A DNA stretch of 64,000 bases, taken from the NCBI GenBank assembly GCA_977016875.1, contig CDRNST010000180.1, positions 930,001 to 994,000 on the forward strand, given 5' to 3'. The stretch is from Pavona decussata. Its lineage: Eukaryota. Shown here one piece after another: positions 14,201 through 25,391 of this stretch. Each line of letters opens with the position of its first letter. Within the stretch, counting starts at the first letter, position 1. The notes under the pieces are model-generated. The model saw nothing but the letters and a program-made list of their open reading frames with translations, searched no databases and had not been told where the DNA came from. Made by a program: the position numbers and the translations under genes.

Positions 14201-17200
14201 GGAGATCAAGAATCGTGCAGCCCAAGGGGTCCCCAGTGGGGTAAGTCTGGCTCCAGGCCCTGATGGTAAAGTTAACGGCTCTTATGAGTTTTCCGGAACC
14301 GCAAACAGTTATATCGAGTTTCCAAACTCTGAAGGAGGGCCTTTCGATGTGCGCTACTCAATGACGATGCTATGCTGGGTGTACTATAACGGCCAAGACG
14401 GACCTCTCTTTAACTACGAGAAGAGTGCAACCTGGGGAGTGCACATGTGGGTGGTAAATGGCAAACTTTTTGTCCGCTTTACAAAACGAGATTACACTTC
14501 TACGACCAACTTACTCCACTCACCACTGGCTGGTGGATGGAAGTTTGTTGGTGCGTCTTATGACGGCGGTTCCGGTGACGCAAAGCTGTGGATCAATGGA
14601 GCCGTGGTTCAGAAATTGAACATCGGAGCGGGTCTTGATCTAGCCACACAGGACAACATCAGAATGGGAGTGAAGACTGGTGATGGAAGGTACTTCAAAG
14701 GAAGGATCGCCCAGATGCAGGTGTACAAGCACGCCTTAAGTCAGGAACAAATACAACCAATCTTTAAGAGGATGCAAGGTACGTCTGTTTTGTTTGTTCA
14801 ACATTCAATCAAAAACCATTCTATTTTGGCACAGTGTTTTGACCGTCTGTCGAACGAGAATTTCTGACCAAGGATCTCTTGAAGACATGCTCTAAGCTGA
14901 GATTAAGTGATTCTTTTTGTCTACTTGATTGTTTTTTTAGTAGGAGAACGAAATTTCTTTTAAAATGACACCAAACATGATATTTGTGTGTTTGTTTATT
15001 TCGCCTATTCAGTTTTTTATATATTCAACCTATTGTTTTAATCCGTATTTCGTATTTGTAGTTTATAATACTTAGAGACGACCACATTAGCTGTGCTTTA
15101 ATTTAATCGTTTTAAATAAATGGTTTTATTGTTATCATCATCATCATCATCATCATCATCATTATTGATAGAAATCGACGCTGCGATTTATGCTAAAATA
15201 GAAAACGCTTGGAAGGAAAAGGGCGGGTGGCATCGAAAGAAAACATTGCTTTCGTAATGAAAACCGTTGATAGCTGACCGAAAGGTTGAAGAATTAGCGT
15301 GAATCCTGTAATCCTAAACACATTGCAGGTTAATAACTACAGCCTTTTTTCCTAGACTTTCTGAAAGTCGCTCGCTCGCTTCTCATTGAATGGACTTGGC
15401 GCTCGCTCGCGCTCCGCGCTCGCTCGCTCGAGCTCTGACGATCGCGCTTCGCGCTCTCTAAGCTGGACTTGTAAGCAAGTCTACCTTTTTTCCCAGATCC
15501 CTACACACTTATCGAGCGAACTTAGCGTTTTGTCAGCTCATGCAACGAGTGATGTCAGATTTGACGCAAGGAAGAGTGGGAAGTGCCTGCAATTTCTTAA
15601 CATCAAAACCTCTTGTACTGAATTTTAAAATTACTTTCCTAATCAAGTTCTAGATCCTGTTGCCTTCTTCCCTCTCGATGGCGCGCATGGCACTAGGGAG
15701 ATCAAGAATCGTGTAGCCCAAGGGGTCCCCAGTGGAGTAAGTCTGGCTCCAGGCCCTGATGGTAAAGTTAACGGCTCTTATGAGTTTTCCGGAACCGCAA
15801 ACAGTTATATCGAGTTTCCAAACTCTGAAGGAGGGCCTTTGGATGTGCGCTACTCAATGACGATGCTATGCTGGGTGTACTATAACGGCCAAGACGGACC
15901 TCTCTTTAACTACGAGAAGAGTGCAACTTGGGGAGTGCACATGTGGGTGGTGGTCAATGGCCAACTTTTTGTCCGCTTTACAAAACGAGATTACACTTCT
16001 ACGACCAACTTACTCCACACACCACTCGCTGGTGGATGGAAGTTTGTTGGTGCGTCCTATGACAGCCGTTCCGGTGACGCAAAGCTGTGGGTCAATGGAG
16101 CCGTGGTTCAGAAATTGAACATCGGAGCGGGTCTTGATCTAGCCACACAGGACAACATCAGAATGGGAGTGAAGACTGGTGATGGAAGGTACTTCAAAGG
16201 AAGGATCGCCCAGATGCAGGTGTACAAGCACGCCTTAAGTCAGGAACAAGTACAGGCAATCTTTAAGAGGATGCAAGGTACGTCAGTTTTGTTTGTTCAA
16301 CATTCAATCAAAAACCGTTCTATTTTGGCACAGTGTTTTGACCGTCTGTCGAACGAGAATTTCTGACCAAGGATCTCTTGAAGACATGCTCTAAGCTGAG
16401 ATTAAGTGATTCTTTTTGTCTACTTGATTGTTTTTTTAGGTAGGAGCACGAAATTTCCTTTAAAATGACACCAAATATGATATTTATGTGTTTGTTTATT
16501 TCGCCTGTTCAGTTTTTTATATATTCAACCTATTGTTTTAATCTGAATTTCGTATTTGTAATTTACACTTAGAAACGACCACATTAGCTATGCTTTAATC
16601 TAATCGGTTTAAATAAATGGTTTTGTTGTTATCATCATCATCATAATCATCATTATCATCATCATCATCATTATTATTAAGAGAAATAGACGTTGAGATT
16701 TATGCTAAAATAGAAAACGCTTGGAAGGAAAAGGGTGGGTGGCATCGAGAGAAAACATCGCTTTCGTAATGAAAACCGTTGATATCTGACCGAAAGGTTG
16801 AAGAATTAGCGTGAATCCTGTAATCCTAAACACATTCCAGGTTAATAACTACAGCCTCTTTCCCAGATCCCTACACACTTATCGAGCGAACTTAGCGTTT
16901 TGTCAGCTCATGCAACGAGTGATGTCAGATTTGACGCAAGGAAGAGTGGGAAGTGCCTGCAATTTCTTAACATCAAAACCTCTTGTACTGAATTTTAAAA
17001 TTACTTTCCTAATCAAGTTCTAGATCCTGTTGCCTTTTTCCCGCTCGATGGCGCGCATGGCACTAGGGAGATCAAGAATCGTGTAGCCCAAGGGGTCCCC
17101 AGTGGGGTAAGTCTGGCTCCAGGCCCTGATGGTAAAGTTAACGGCTCTTATGAGTTTTCCGGAACCGCAAACAGTTATATCGAGTTTCCAAACTCTGAAG

Positions 17201-18334
17201 GAGGGCCTTTGGATGTGCGCTACTCAATGACGCTGCTATGCTGGGTGTACTATAACGGCGAAAACGGACCTCTCTTTAACTACGAGAAGAGTGCAACTTG
17301 GGGAGTGCACATGTGGGTGGCCAGTGGCCAACTTTTTGTCCTCTTTACAAAACGAGATTACACTTCTACGACCTTGTTACACCACACACCTCTCGCTGGT
17401 GGATGGAAGTTTGTTGGTGCTTCGTATGACGGCTATTCCGGTGACGCAAAGCTGTGGGTCAATGGAGCCGTGGTTCAGACATTGAACATCGGAGCGGGTC
17501 TTGATCTAGCCACACAGGATAACATCAGAATGGGAGTGAAGACTGGAAATAGGAGGTACTTTAAAGGAAGAATCGCCCAGATGCAGGTGTACAACAGCGC
17601 CTTGAGGCAGGATCAAATACAGGCAATCTATAAAAGGATGCAAGGTACGTGTTTTGGTTGTTCAACATTCAATCGAAAACCGTTCTATTTTGGCACAGTG
17701 TTTTGACCGTCTTTCGAACGAGAATTTTTGACCAACGGTCTCTTGAAGACAGACCCTAAGCTAAGATCATGGTATATCTTTTTATTTACTTTATTGTTTT
17801 TCAATACGAGCACTAAATTGGACTGTTAGTACAATAGGGGAGACATGACGCATGGCTATCGGAGTTTGGATGAATCTAAAATTAAACACACTATCTATAA
17901 ACTTTTCCTTTTAGATTTTTAAACTACCTGAAAAAGAAAAAAATTCTGCTTTGCGCGAATGCGGTATAGAGCATTTTCTTAAAAAGCATTGAATGCCGCT
18001 CTTTTTGTGAAAAGGAAAAGCCAAATTGCCTCCATTCTGATGTTGGGAGAAAGAGCTTCACAAGTGTTGTAAATAATACTGTAATGGTACTATAAGTAAG
18101 CACTGCAATACGCAACGTGGAAAGATTTCATGGCACACAAATTTCCTGCGTAAAAGAATGATGACATCGGTTGTATTGAATGTGCGCTACTTCGTAATAC
18201 CTCTCTACGTCATCTTCGTTTATGTGGTACCCAGATTTCCCGCGTAAGTTTCACCATAGATATTATAGTGTAATATTACTTGTTTGTTTGTTTGTTTTTT
18301 TCTTTATTTATTCTTACTTGTCTTTACAGCCTGA
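8221..18334 (+). CDS. Secreted coiled-coil plus >=6 tandem LamG/ConA-like domain protein (paralog 2). Exons 8221-8425, 9815-10435, 11271-11891, 12644-13264, 14158-14778, 15654-16277, 17024-17644, 18330-18334
   Basis: Exon 1 encodes MHHFASFVVCIVLVVIVQG (signal peptide), heptad-like LRGLLENVLKRLERLEKKV and CC, with phase-1 donor AAAG|GTAAG. Each domain exon is TTCTAG|AT...AAG|GTACG, 621 nt (one is 624), with no stops. Terminal exon TTACAG|CC TGA, AATAAA at 18421. Confidence 0.85.
10770..10945. other. Assembly gap (176 N) inside the array
   Basis: Run of N at the position where other units carry the (ATC)n tract. Confidence 1.
13524..13685 (+). mobile_element. 5'-truncated SINE with Deu/Nin-domain-like core
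   Basis: Absent from sister introns; TSD TATTG (13519-13523, 13686-13690); (TAAA)n tail; core TAAAGAACCCACTCACTGTTCGCAAAGAGTAGGGG...TTCCCGGTGT resembles the Deu/Nin domain. Confidence 0.7.
15353..15483. mobile_element. 131-bp TAGAC...GTCTA element with 10-bp TSD
   Basis: TIR TAGACTT/AAGTCTA; TSD CCTTTTTTCC (15343-15352, 15484-15493); (CGCT)-rich interior; absent from sister introns. Confidence 0.85.
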
Positions 18335-19829
18335 GCCGGCAGAGAAGACCAGTTCAGAAGTTAACCACCAAACTAGCTGAAAGTATTGGCTTCAAAACTT
18401 GTATTAGATGTCAATCGCAGAATAAATTCATTTCAATACTGTTCAATATTTGTTGTACTTTTTTGTGAGACAAAACTTTCCTGTTGAGAATGTGTTATTC
18501 AGTCAGTAGCACGACCATACAAAAAAAAAAAGAAAAAAGAAATCCGAGTTCTCTCAATAAGTCCTCCTGACTTTGTTTAATATGTGAGCAAACGCCACTA
18601 AACTTGGCAACTATTCGTGAAATTGCTTTGTAGGAATTTGTTGTGATGGGGTAATGACAGGCAGGTTTTCAGAAATTGAAACATTCGTAAATAAAAATAA
18701 CTTCGGTAATTTCTGGACCTTTTGTAAACAATAAAAATACGATCAATGTAGAAACTCACACTTGTAATATTTTATCATTGGTTTTCTTGGGTTTTTAATT
18801 GTTCGGTGTCGGGAAACGATACAATATATGCTTTATTTACGGGAATATTTGAATCAAAGGGATAAAAATATTAAAAAGTTCAATGGTTTGTCCTTCTATT
18901 TAAAAATACTTTTTAGTGTAATGCTGATCTAGCTCTGATCAAATGAAGACGCTATTGTTTATTTATAATCCATCAAATATTTTCGCTCGCACGCGATTGG
19001 TCTAAACGCCTCACTTGACCGAATATACCCCAGCTAAAACTGGAGAATATCCGATGATATTCCCCAAGTGATATTCATCAATTTCAAAAACTTCGAGGCG
19101 CGTCTTGTTTACAATTAAAATTAATGTCAAAATGGGGGAACGGTTTGCTCGCTTTTGTGACAGAAGGAGAGATAAACCTGCTGGTCGATAAAGCAGTATC
19201 AGAAAACAACATATGCTCTAAACGTTTTTGACAGTAAACTGCTCTTAAACGAAATGTTCAAATACTCAAGCTCGTTGCTACATGTTGCGAAAAATATTAC
19301 AAGGATAATAACCACCATAGCCTCCATTTGGCTTTAAAAATATGCTCAGATATTTGTCCTTGGACATTATCTGCTCCTCGAAGCTCACAGTTTTCCTCGA
19401 GCTTCGCTCTCGGAAAACTGTTCGCTTCTCGGAACAGATAATGTCCGCGGACAAATATCTGAGCATATTTTCGCGCCAAATAGCGGCTATTGTTTATATA
19501 TGATCCACGTTAGGTAATCTGCTCTCTTTGCTCGTTGGCAGCTTAGATCTCTTATAACTCTAATTTATTATATTCAGCAACAAACTCAAACGACAAGCAA
19601 ATATGATGGTATAGCTTATACAGTCCTCAGTCTTCTGATCAGGAAAAAAGGTTGAACAGTATTATGGGGAGTGACTTTGGAAAAAATAGAACATAACTAC
19701 GAGGCATGTTCTCATTATTTTCAATCCGGATGGCGAGGAGAAGGAAGACTACCTCGGCAAAGATTATATTCACGCTATCACCATTTCTAACCTCACTCAC
19801 TGGTTAGACTTGTGCTATTATCCGTGCCT

Positions 19830-20350
19830 GGCACCACAAGTAACCTAAGCTCTCTGAGTGTTCATAAGACCTTAGTAACATCTCGTTGTAATTTGAGTGT
19901 CGATGAGTTACGCAATGGCGAAAATTATAAGGGTATGGGAATTTACGAACGTGTTAAGGAGTAAAACATAAAGGGCATGAATTGAACAAAAATGTCTTAT
20001 CTTGTCTCCTTGATACCTTGTCAGTGTTTGTTTGGCGTATTTTGGCCGTTTCAGCGCGATTATGAGAGATATAGTAGAGAGGAAAACAGCAAACCTAAAC
20101 TGAGCCACTGGAATCGCGCTGTTACGGCCAAAATACGCCACACAAACACTGACAAGGTATCAAGAGGACAAGGTAAAGCATTCTTGTTCAATTCATGTTC
20201 TTTATTTTCGACTCCTAAACATGTTCGCAAATTCCCATACAAACCCTTACAATTTTCGCCATCGCGTAACACTCATCGTGGCACTTAAATTACAACGAGA
20301 CATTACAAAGGTTTTAAGAGGCACTCATAGAGCTTGGGGAACCTGTGCTG
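19830..20350. mobile_element. Foldback element with ~230-bp imperfect inverted arms
   Basis: For example TGATACCTTGTCAGTGTTTGTTTGGCGTATTTTGGCCGT versus ACGGCCAAAATACGCCACACAAACACTGACAAGGTATCA; absent from the paralogous segment. Confidence 0.8.
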
Positions 20351-20439
20351 GCTCATCCCACCTACAACAGTGTATCATGTGACGACCACGCCTCAATATA
20401 AATTACATTATGTTGGGCCATAATGTTTGCTTTTTCATT

Positions 20440-21455
20440 GTGTTTCTTTTCCCGCCTTGGAACTCAAGCAAGTAAGCCTTAGCATTACTGAGGAAAACTA
20501 ATTCAGACCGCGCTCTATCAACTAGTTTATCAGTAACTGTATTACTTCTTTCCCTTGCTCGCGGACTGTTATCTATCTAACGAGAGAAAAACACTCGCCT
20601 CTGGATTAAGTAAGGGTTGACGTTGCACTAAAGTTGCCGGTAATGCGAGAATCTCCAGCGATAGCTTACAGTCCATGCCAGGGCAAGTAGGCTCACGTGT
20701 GAATCGCAAGCCAAAGTTGAACAAAGTACAGTTCTGAAAAAAATATCGCAAAACACTTCTGAATGAGGTTATAATGCATCAGTTTTTGCCAGCAGTGCCC
20801 ATACCCCCGGGCATTAAGAGTTTTGGAAAGCAAACCGGAAAATGCCTCACAGCGGGGACAAAAAGCTGTTCAAATGCCCCACGATACAGCTAAAAAGATG
20901 AGGTGGTTTATTCGTTCCTGGGCTGAACTTCATTCTAATTCAGACCAAACTAAGTCTCAAACGAGTCTTATTTCTCTATGTTGCTCTAGAGCCTACCCAA
21001 AGTGAAAAAAAAAAACAGTTAACGCTAATCGTGTCGTTAATTTGTGAAGTGGATAAAATTGGGGAGTTCCCGCGTAGCGAGTCCGATGAGTCCAAGAGCT
21101 CAAAAGGACGATAAAATTAAATGTTTATTCCTAAATAACAAAATTTAAATTTAAATTAAAGTTTTCTTTGTTCTGAATGGAAAACTACAAAGACCTTTAG
21201 GCAAAAACACCGTGCGTCTCAGCTATAAAATAAGACGTGATGGAGTATCGGATTAATCAGGTGACCAGGTTACTTATGTACATGCGCTTTGGCGGAGAAA
21301 TTACTCTTTACTTGGGTGTCCTGTAGAGCCCAATTTCTTCTTTAGTCTCAAAAGTGCAATTCATTGGGCTCTAATGCGCATACGCTAAGTGTGCGGCAAG
21401 AGTAAGCCGGATACTGTATTTGTCGATGGATCGCGAACGTGACAAAATTTAAGCT
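20440..21455 (+). pseudogene. Remnant third LamG-family copy: upstream region and intron 1 with exon 1 deleted
   Basis: Junction CTCTAGAG/CCTACCC at ~20990 joins sequence equivalent to 7854 and 8468, removing ~613 bp including the signal-peptide exon; homology stops near 21455 before any LamG exon. Confidence 0.75.
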
Positions 21456-22599
21456 GTCGTTCTTTTAAATGGTATGACGCGTAGTCATATTCATAAACTT
21501 TGCAGGTAATAATTCCAGAACTTTTGACAGTGAATGATATTTTGTCCAGTCAGACACAATCTTTGCTTATGTTTGCTATGTTCATGTAAAATTGTGTTTA
21601 ACAATATTGATGGAGTGTGTAGAAAAACAAAACTGGAAATGACTTCTGATAGAGTGTTGGTTGATTGTCATTCAAAATTGCATGTTGCTATTTGCTCGTC
21701 AAATAACAAGAGAACTGGAGAAAAGATCCAAAGTGCGCTAAGGCATTACAAATATAACATGATGTAGATTTAAAACAAGATAGACAGATATTGCCTTCCA
21801 TACACCTGAGTTTTTTTATTTTAGTTCTAATCAGAAGCAAGAAAATGAAGAGATAATCTTGACAGTTTTTGACATATTGTATGAATAAGTAGCAAAATAA
21901 TCCATCATCATTTTAATTAGTATAGCAGTCCATTTCAACAGCGGGTTTCCCAGTTATGTAAACTGTGATATTACTCACTATCCCACTTGTGGGATCCTTT
22001 GTTGCACGTTCTTTCCAGGTGAGTCAAGGTAAGTTACATTAAGTGCCATTACTGCCGTATAGCTACACCTTTCTTATTTAATTTTACTTATCATTTCCTT
22101 TTGTAGAGCTGGAAGAAGAAAGTATCATTTTAAAAATGTTTGTAAGCCATTACATAGTCATTCGTTGGATGATCTTTGGGACAACGAAATCACATATGAT
22201 CATTTGGCGTGAAAAATAAATAAATGGATGATCAACATTCAACTGGAAACGCCTATCATAGTACAGAAAATAGGTCTCGCCAATTAGTTGTTTTTTTTTC
22301 GTTAATTTTTCGACTTTTTTCCTTTTTTGTGTGTGTGTTACTCGTGATTTCCCTACCTCCCCTAAATTCTATTTGTTCTGTCTTTGATTGCAATAACTGT
22401 AATGATATTAATTTCATCCTTAAACAGTTGTAAGTCTGGCCCGCCTATATTAGCTCTCGCTACCTGCGGGCCAGTCTCTCTTGTTTGCTAAATTTTTGAA
22501 TTTTTGAATAAACTTAAACTTAAACTGGTTAGTACGGAGGTTGAGGTTTCCTGCAATTACAGAAAAGGGCTGAATTGTTGTTGGCTTTTCATGGCTTAT

Positions 22600-23436
22600 C
22601 AATAGGAACAAGAGTCATGTACTGTAATTTCGCTATATATATATATTTTTTTTAATCTTAAATGTTGATCTAGAATGGTCCGAGTTGTTAACGAAACTTC
22701 TCTGCACAATGAAACAACCTTGTAGGGAACGAGTGTGCTTGAGGAGCCGGCTGTCGGGATCAACTCACCAACTTCGTACATTACAACCGTCCATAAACGA
22801 TTATAGGGAAAGCTTACAGTACACAATGGCGGCTGTACATTTTACCACAAAACCTTGCGAACCTAACGCATAGAAAGCCATATTTTTGCGAAATTCCGGT
22901 CCCTGTACTAGCAACATTGTGTATGCTTTGTTTTAAGTTTTTAGAACTTTTCTGTGCTTTTTTATGGCGTTTTAAGGGTTTTCGTACGCTTTGGATTCTG
23001 TAAACGTACCAGACGCCATTTTTTCCGGTACGTTGGATTTATAAAACTTTTGGATGCAGAGGACCACACGGCGCAAAAAAAAAAAAACTATTCTGAATAC
23101 GTTCCATGTATACGTTACATGTATCCTATGGCTCGTTATATGGACCATGTTTATAGTTATATGTACTCTTGTCTACCGTTCACCATTTTTGTTTACGTTC
23201 AAATTTAAACTTTTTGTAGCCGTTATTTTTTAACCTATATGCATCTTATGTACTGTTATATACGCTACCTCATGTAGACTAGTTACGTTCAAATTTAAAC
23301 TTTTAAGAGCCGTTAGTTTTTGTCATTGTAACTCTGGCCCTGAAGAAGACTACGTAGTTGTACTAGTTGAAATATTGGCCCAAATAAATAAGCCCCTTAC
23401 CGTCCTGTCAGCCCTCGAATCAGTTTGGATTTACAC
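22600..23436 (+). mobile_element. Non-coding Penelope-like (pLTR-type) repeat
   Basis: Ends with a minimal hammerhead motif followed by AATAAA; related pieces at 46513-46595 (minus) and ~54815-55110 (plus). Confidence 0.55.
23336..23380 (+). ncRNA. Minimal type I hammerhead ribozyme motif
   Basis: GGCC-CTGAAGA-A-GACTA..TAGTT-GAA-ATAT-T-GGCC: CUGANGA and GAAA core boxes, stem I GGCC/GGCC, stem II, and palindromic AUAU stem III. Confidence 0.6.
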
Positions 23437-25106
23437 TGACAAGGAAATTGGATTGTCTCAAAAAAAAAGCTCATCGACGTATCAAACACCACAAAAAATC
23501 GTTATAACACCACCTCTTTCCCACACGCGCAGGGATAAAAGGAAAAAGGTACGTTAACAAAAAGGACAGGAATCCAGCTGGTGTATAAACCAAATCAAAA
23601 CCGGAAAACGAAGATTTCACGCCACTGAAAAAGTTTTTCGTTTTCACTTTGTTTTTTCAATTTTTAGTCTACCTACATTTAACGTTCAAAGCGAGAGGCA
23701 TGTCGCTGAAAATTCCACAAATGCATATAACATGCATTAGAGCTCAGAAAAGCTAGCGTGTTTCAGAGCAGCTCTTAAGCAAAACAAACACAACTGGACA
23801 ACGTTTCTTTCAATAAAGGCCCCTTAACAAATTATAATAAGGATCTTACAAATTATATCAGTCTATTATTAACTTGTTCGTTCAAAATGTATTTTCGGTT
23901 TTGTTATGTTATTTTGACCAATTGTAAATAATATTAGTTAGTTAGGTTTAATTAGTTGTAGGTCCATATCGGCTCTTCAGTGTCGCTAGTGACCTACATA
24001 TCAATACCTCTTCCAAATATGTGACGTTTAAGCATAGGGTATTTGCATTTCTATCATTTGCCGTTCTAACCCCAAATTAATAATTAATCCTTTTGACTTG
24101 CAGGTGCAAATCCCCGTTGAAAATAATAATAATAAAAAAACAACAAAGTCGGTATTCTCTAAGAAAATTTTCAATATAGTCAACGCGACGTTTCAAGAGA
24201 CGTAAAACGTCATTTGCAGTGTTTAAGACTGAACCCTTCTGTCACGATTTAAGCTGATCGGAGCAATGAAGGACTCATTCAAAATCGCACTTGCATCAAG
24301 AAATTAGCTAACTCAGTTTAAAGCATTCTATTTTTAATAGATGCCCTGAAGTAAATTGGAAAAGTAATAATAATTACTCCTCCTTCTTTCATGTTCTGTG
24401 GGCAAGGCCTTTGGCCGATTTATTCAAAATAGTCACATTTATAATTATGATCACTGATCAATATCGACTTCAAATGAGGGTTGTTCCCTCACTCACTCAG
24501 CCATTTTATCCCAATTATTTTCCAGTGCGAAATAAGTTTAATACACACTTTGAAAACCGTTGCTCAGACAGCCCTTTTTACAATGATTTGAGCCGCTTCG
24601 TGGACTGTAAACTAAAGACAATTCGTTTATTTTATCTAAGATATTGCACCTTAAAAATTAAAAATTCAAATCGCGATTGGATTCGCTAGAGTTGTTCTCG
24701 TTGCACAAATGTCATTGTTTCGTTCTCCAAACAACTCTATGCAAAATTCGTCTCAATCCGATCCATATTAGTTCATATTGACTCACGCGTTTATCAAAGT
24801 ATAAGAAAGATGTATGGTTGCCACAAATGCACAAGAGAAAATAGTAGTACGATACAAACAATTATGGGAATACAAATTCTGTGCAGTGTTCTCCTTGTCC
24901 ATGTTTACAAGTGTTTTTATACTATGTCGGACTCTATCGTTGATAAACAACTTGCTCTCTTTCATCCACCGCGTATTTCTGTCCATTTGTAAATATTGTC
25001 AGTTCACTATATATGTTTGGCCACACTCTCTGTAATCAGGGTCAAATTCTGCGTCGTCACTCGACCACAAACCTGTAACCTCCGTGAAGGTTTGTAAACC
25101 GTTGTT

Positions 25107-25391
25107 TCACGTAGTAACCCATACAGCGATCACAATCAACGGCACAAGATAATTTCCAACGTACAGGGAATAAAAGAATATAAATAAAGTTAAAGCAATT
25201 GCCACGCACGCTCCAACAATCTGCTCCTTCGTAGCATCTCTGAGGCGGTCGCGCATTAAGTTTTCGAAGCTATCGATTGCATTCCTCGCCTTTCTGGTCG
25301 CAGCATGGGCCAAGAATCCTTTATTCGTCGAAGAAACTTTCCTCGAAACTCTCGTAACCTTTCTCTGTGGTGGAGACAGGTGCGTTTCCAT
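25107..25391 (-). CDS. Candidate small single-exon membrane protein (94 aa)
   Basis: GCAATGG start context; basic N-terminus followed by about 35 hydrophobic residues; no recognised family. Confidence 0.35.
   Translation of the reverse strand: METHLSPPQRKVTRVSRKVSSTNKGFLAHAATRKARNAIDSFENLMRDRLRDATKEQIVGACVAIALTLFIFFYSLYVGNYLVPLIVIAVWVTT

Larger units (their letters stand above)
9790..17750 (+). repeat. Tandem array of ~1.37-1.51 kb units (domain exon plus intron with (ATC)n tract)
   Basis: Exon starts at 9815, 11271, 12644, 14158, 15654 and 17024; introns nearly identical apart from two insertions and microsatellite length. Confidence 0.95.
17645..21455 (+). repeat. Segmental duplication of the region downstream of paralog 1 (~2360-9365), patchy because of indels
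   Basis: 17645-18256 ~ 2360-3066; 18260-18680 ~ 5710-6185; 19510-19690 ~ 7060-7250; 20440-21455 ~ 7280-9365 with deletions. Confidence 0.9.

Noticed and set aside
11058-17023. Repeated 70-aa ORFs MNPVILNTFQ... and 64-aa ORFs MQLGECTCGW...
   Set aside because: Intronic or alternative-frame ORFs repeated only because the unit is duplicated; no domain signal.
9790-17750. CRISPR-like or prokaryotic repeat system
   Set aside because: Units are kilobase exon-intron duplications with spliceosomal signals; no repeat-spacer structure.
18280-18468. Open frame SLSRQRRPVQ...CCTFL in the terminal exon, also open in paralog 1
   Set aside because: Phase-incompatible with the phase-1 donor, which gives one codon then TGA; treated as 3' UTR.
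21083-21113. Hammerhead-like CCGATGAGTCC...GGACGATA (more degenerate copy near 8555)
   Set aside because: Both core boxes are mutated (CCGAUGA, GAUA) and stems I and III are not evident; at most a dead relic.
21534-22025. Coding-looking fragment after the end of LamG homology
   Set aside because: Interrupted by stops and not assignable to a family without a search.
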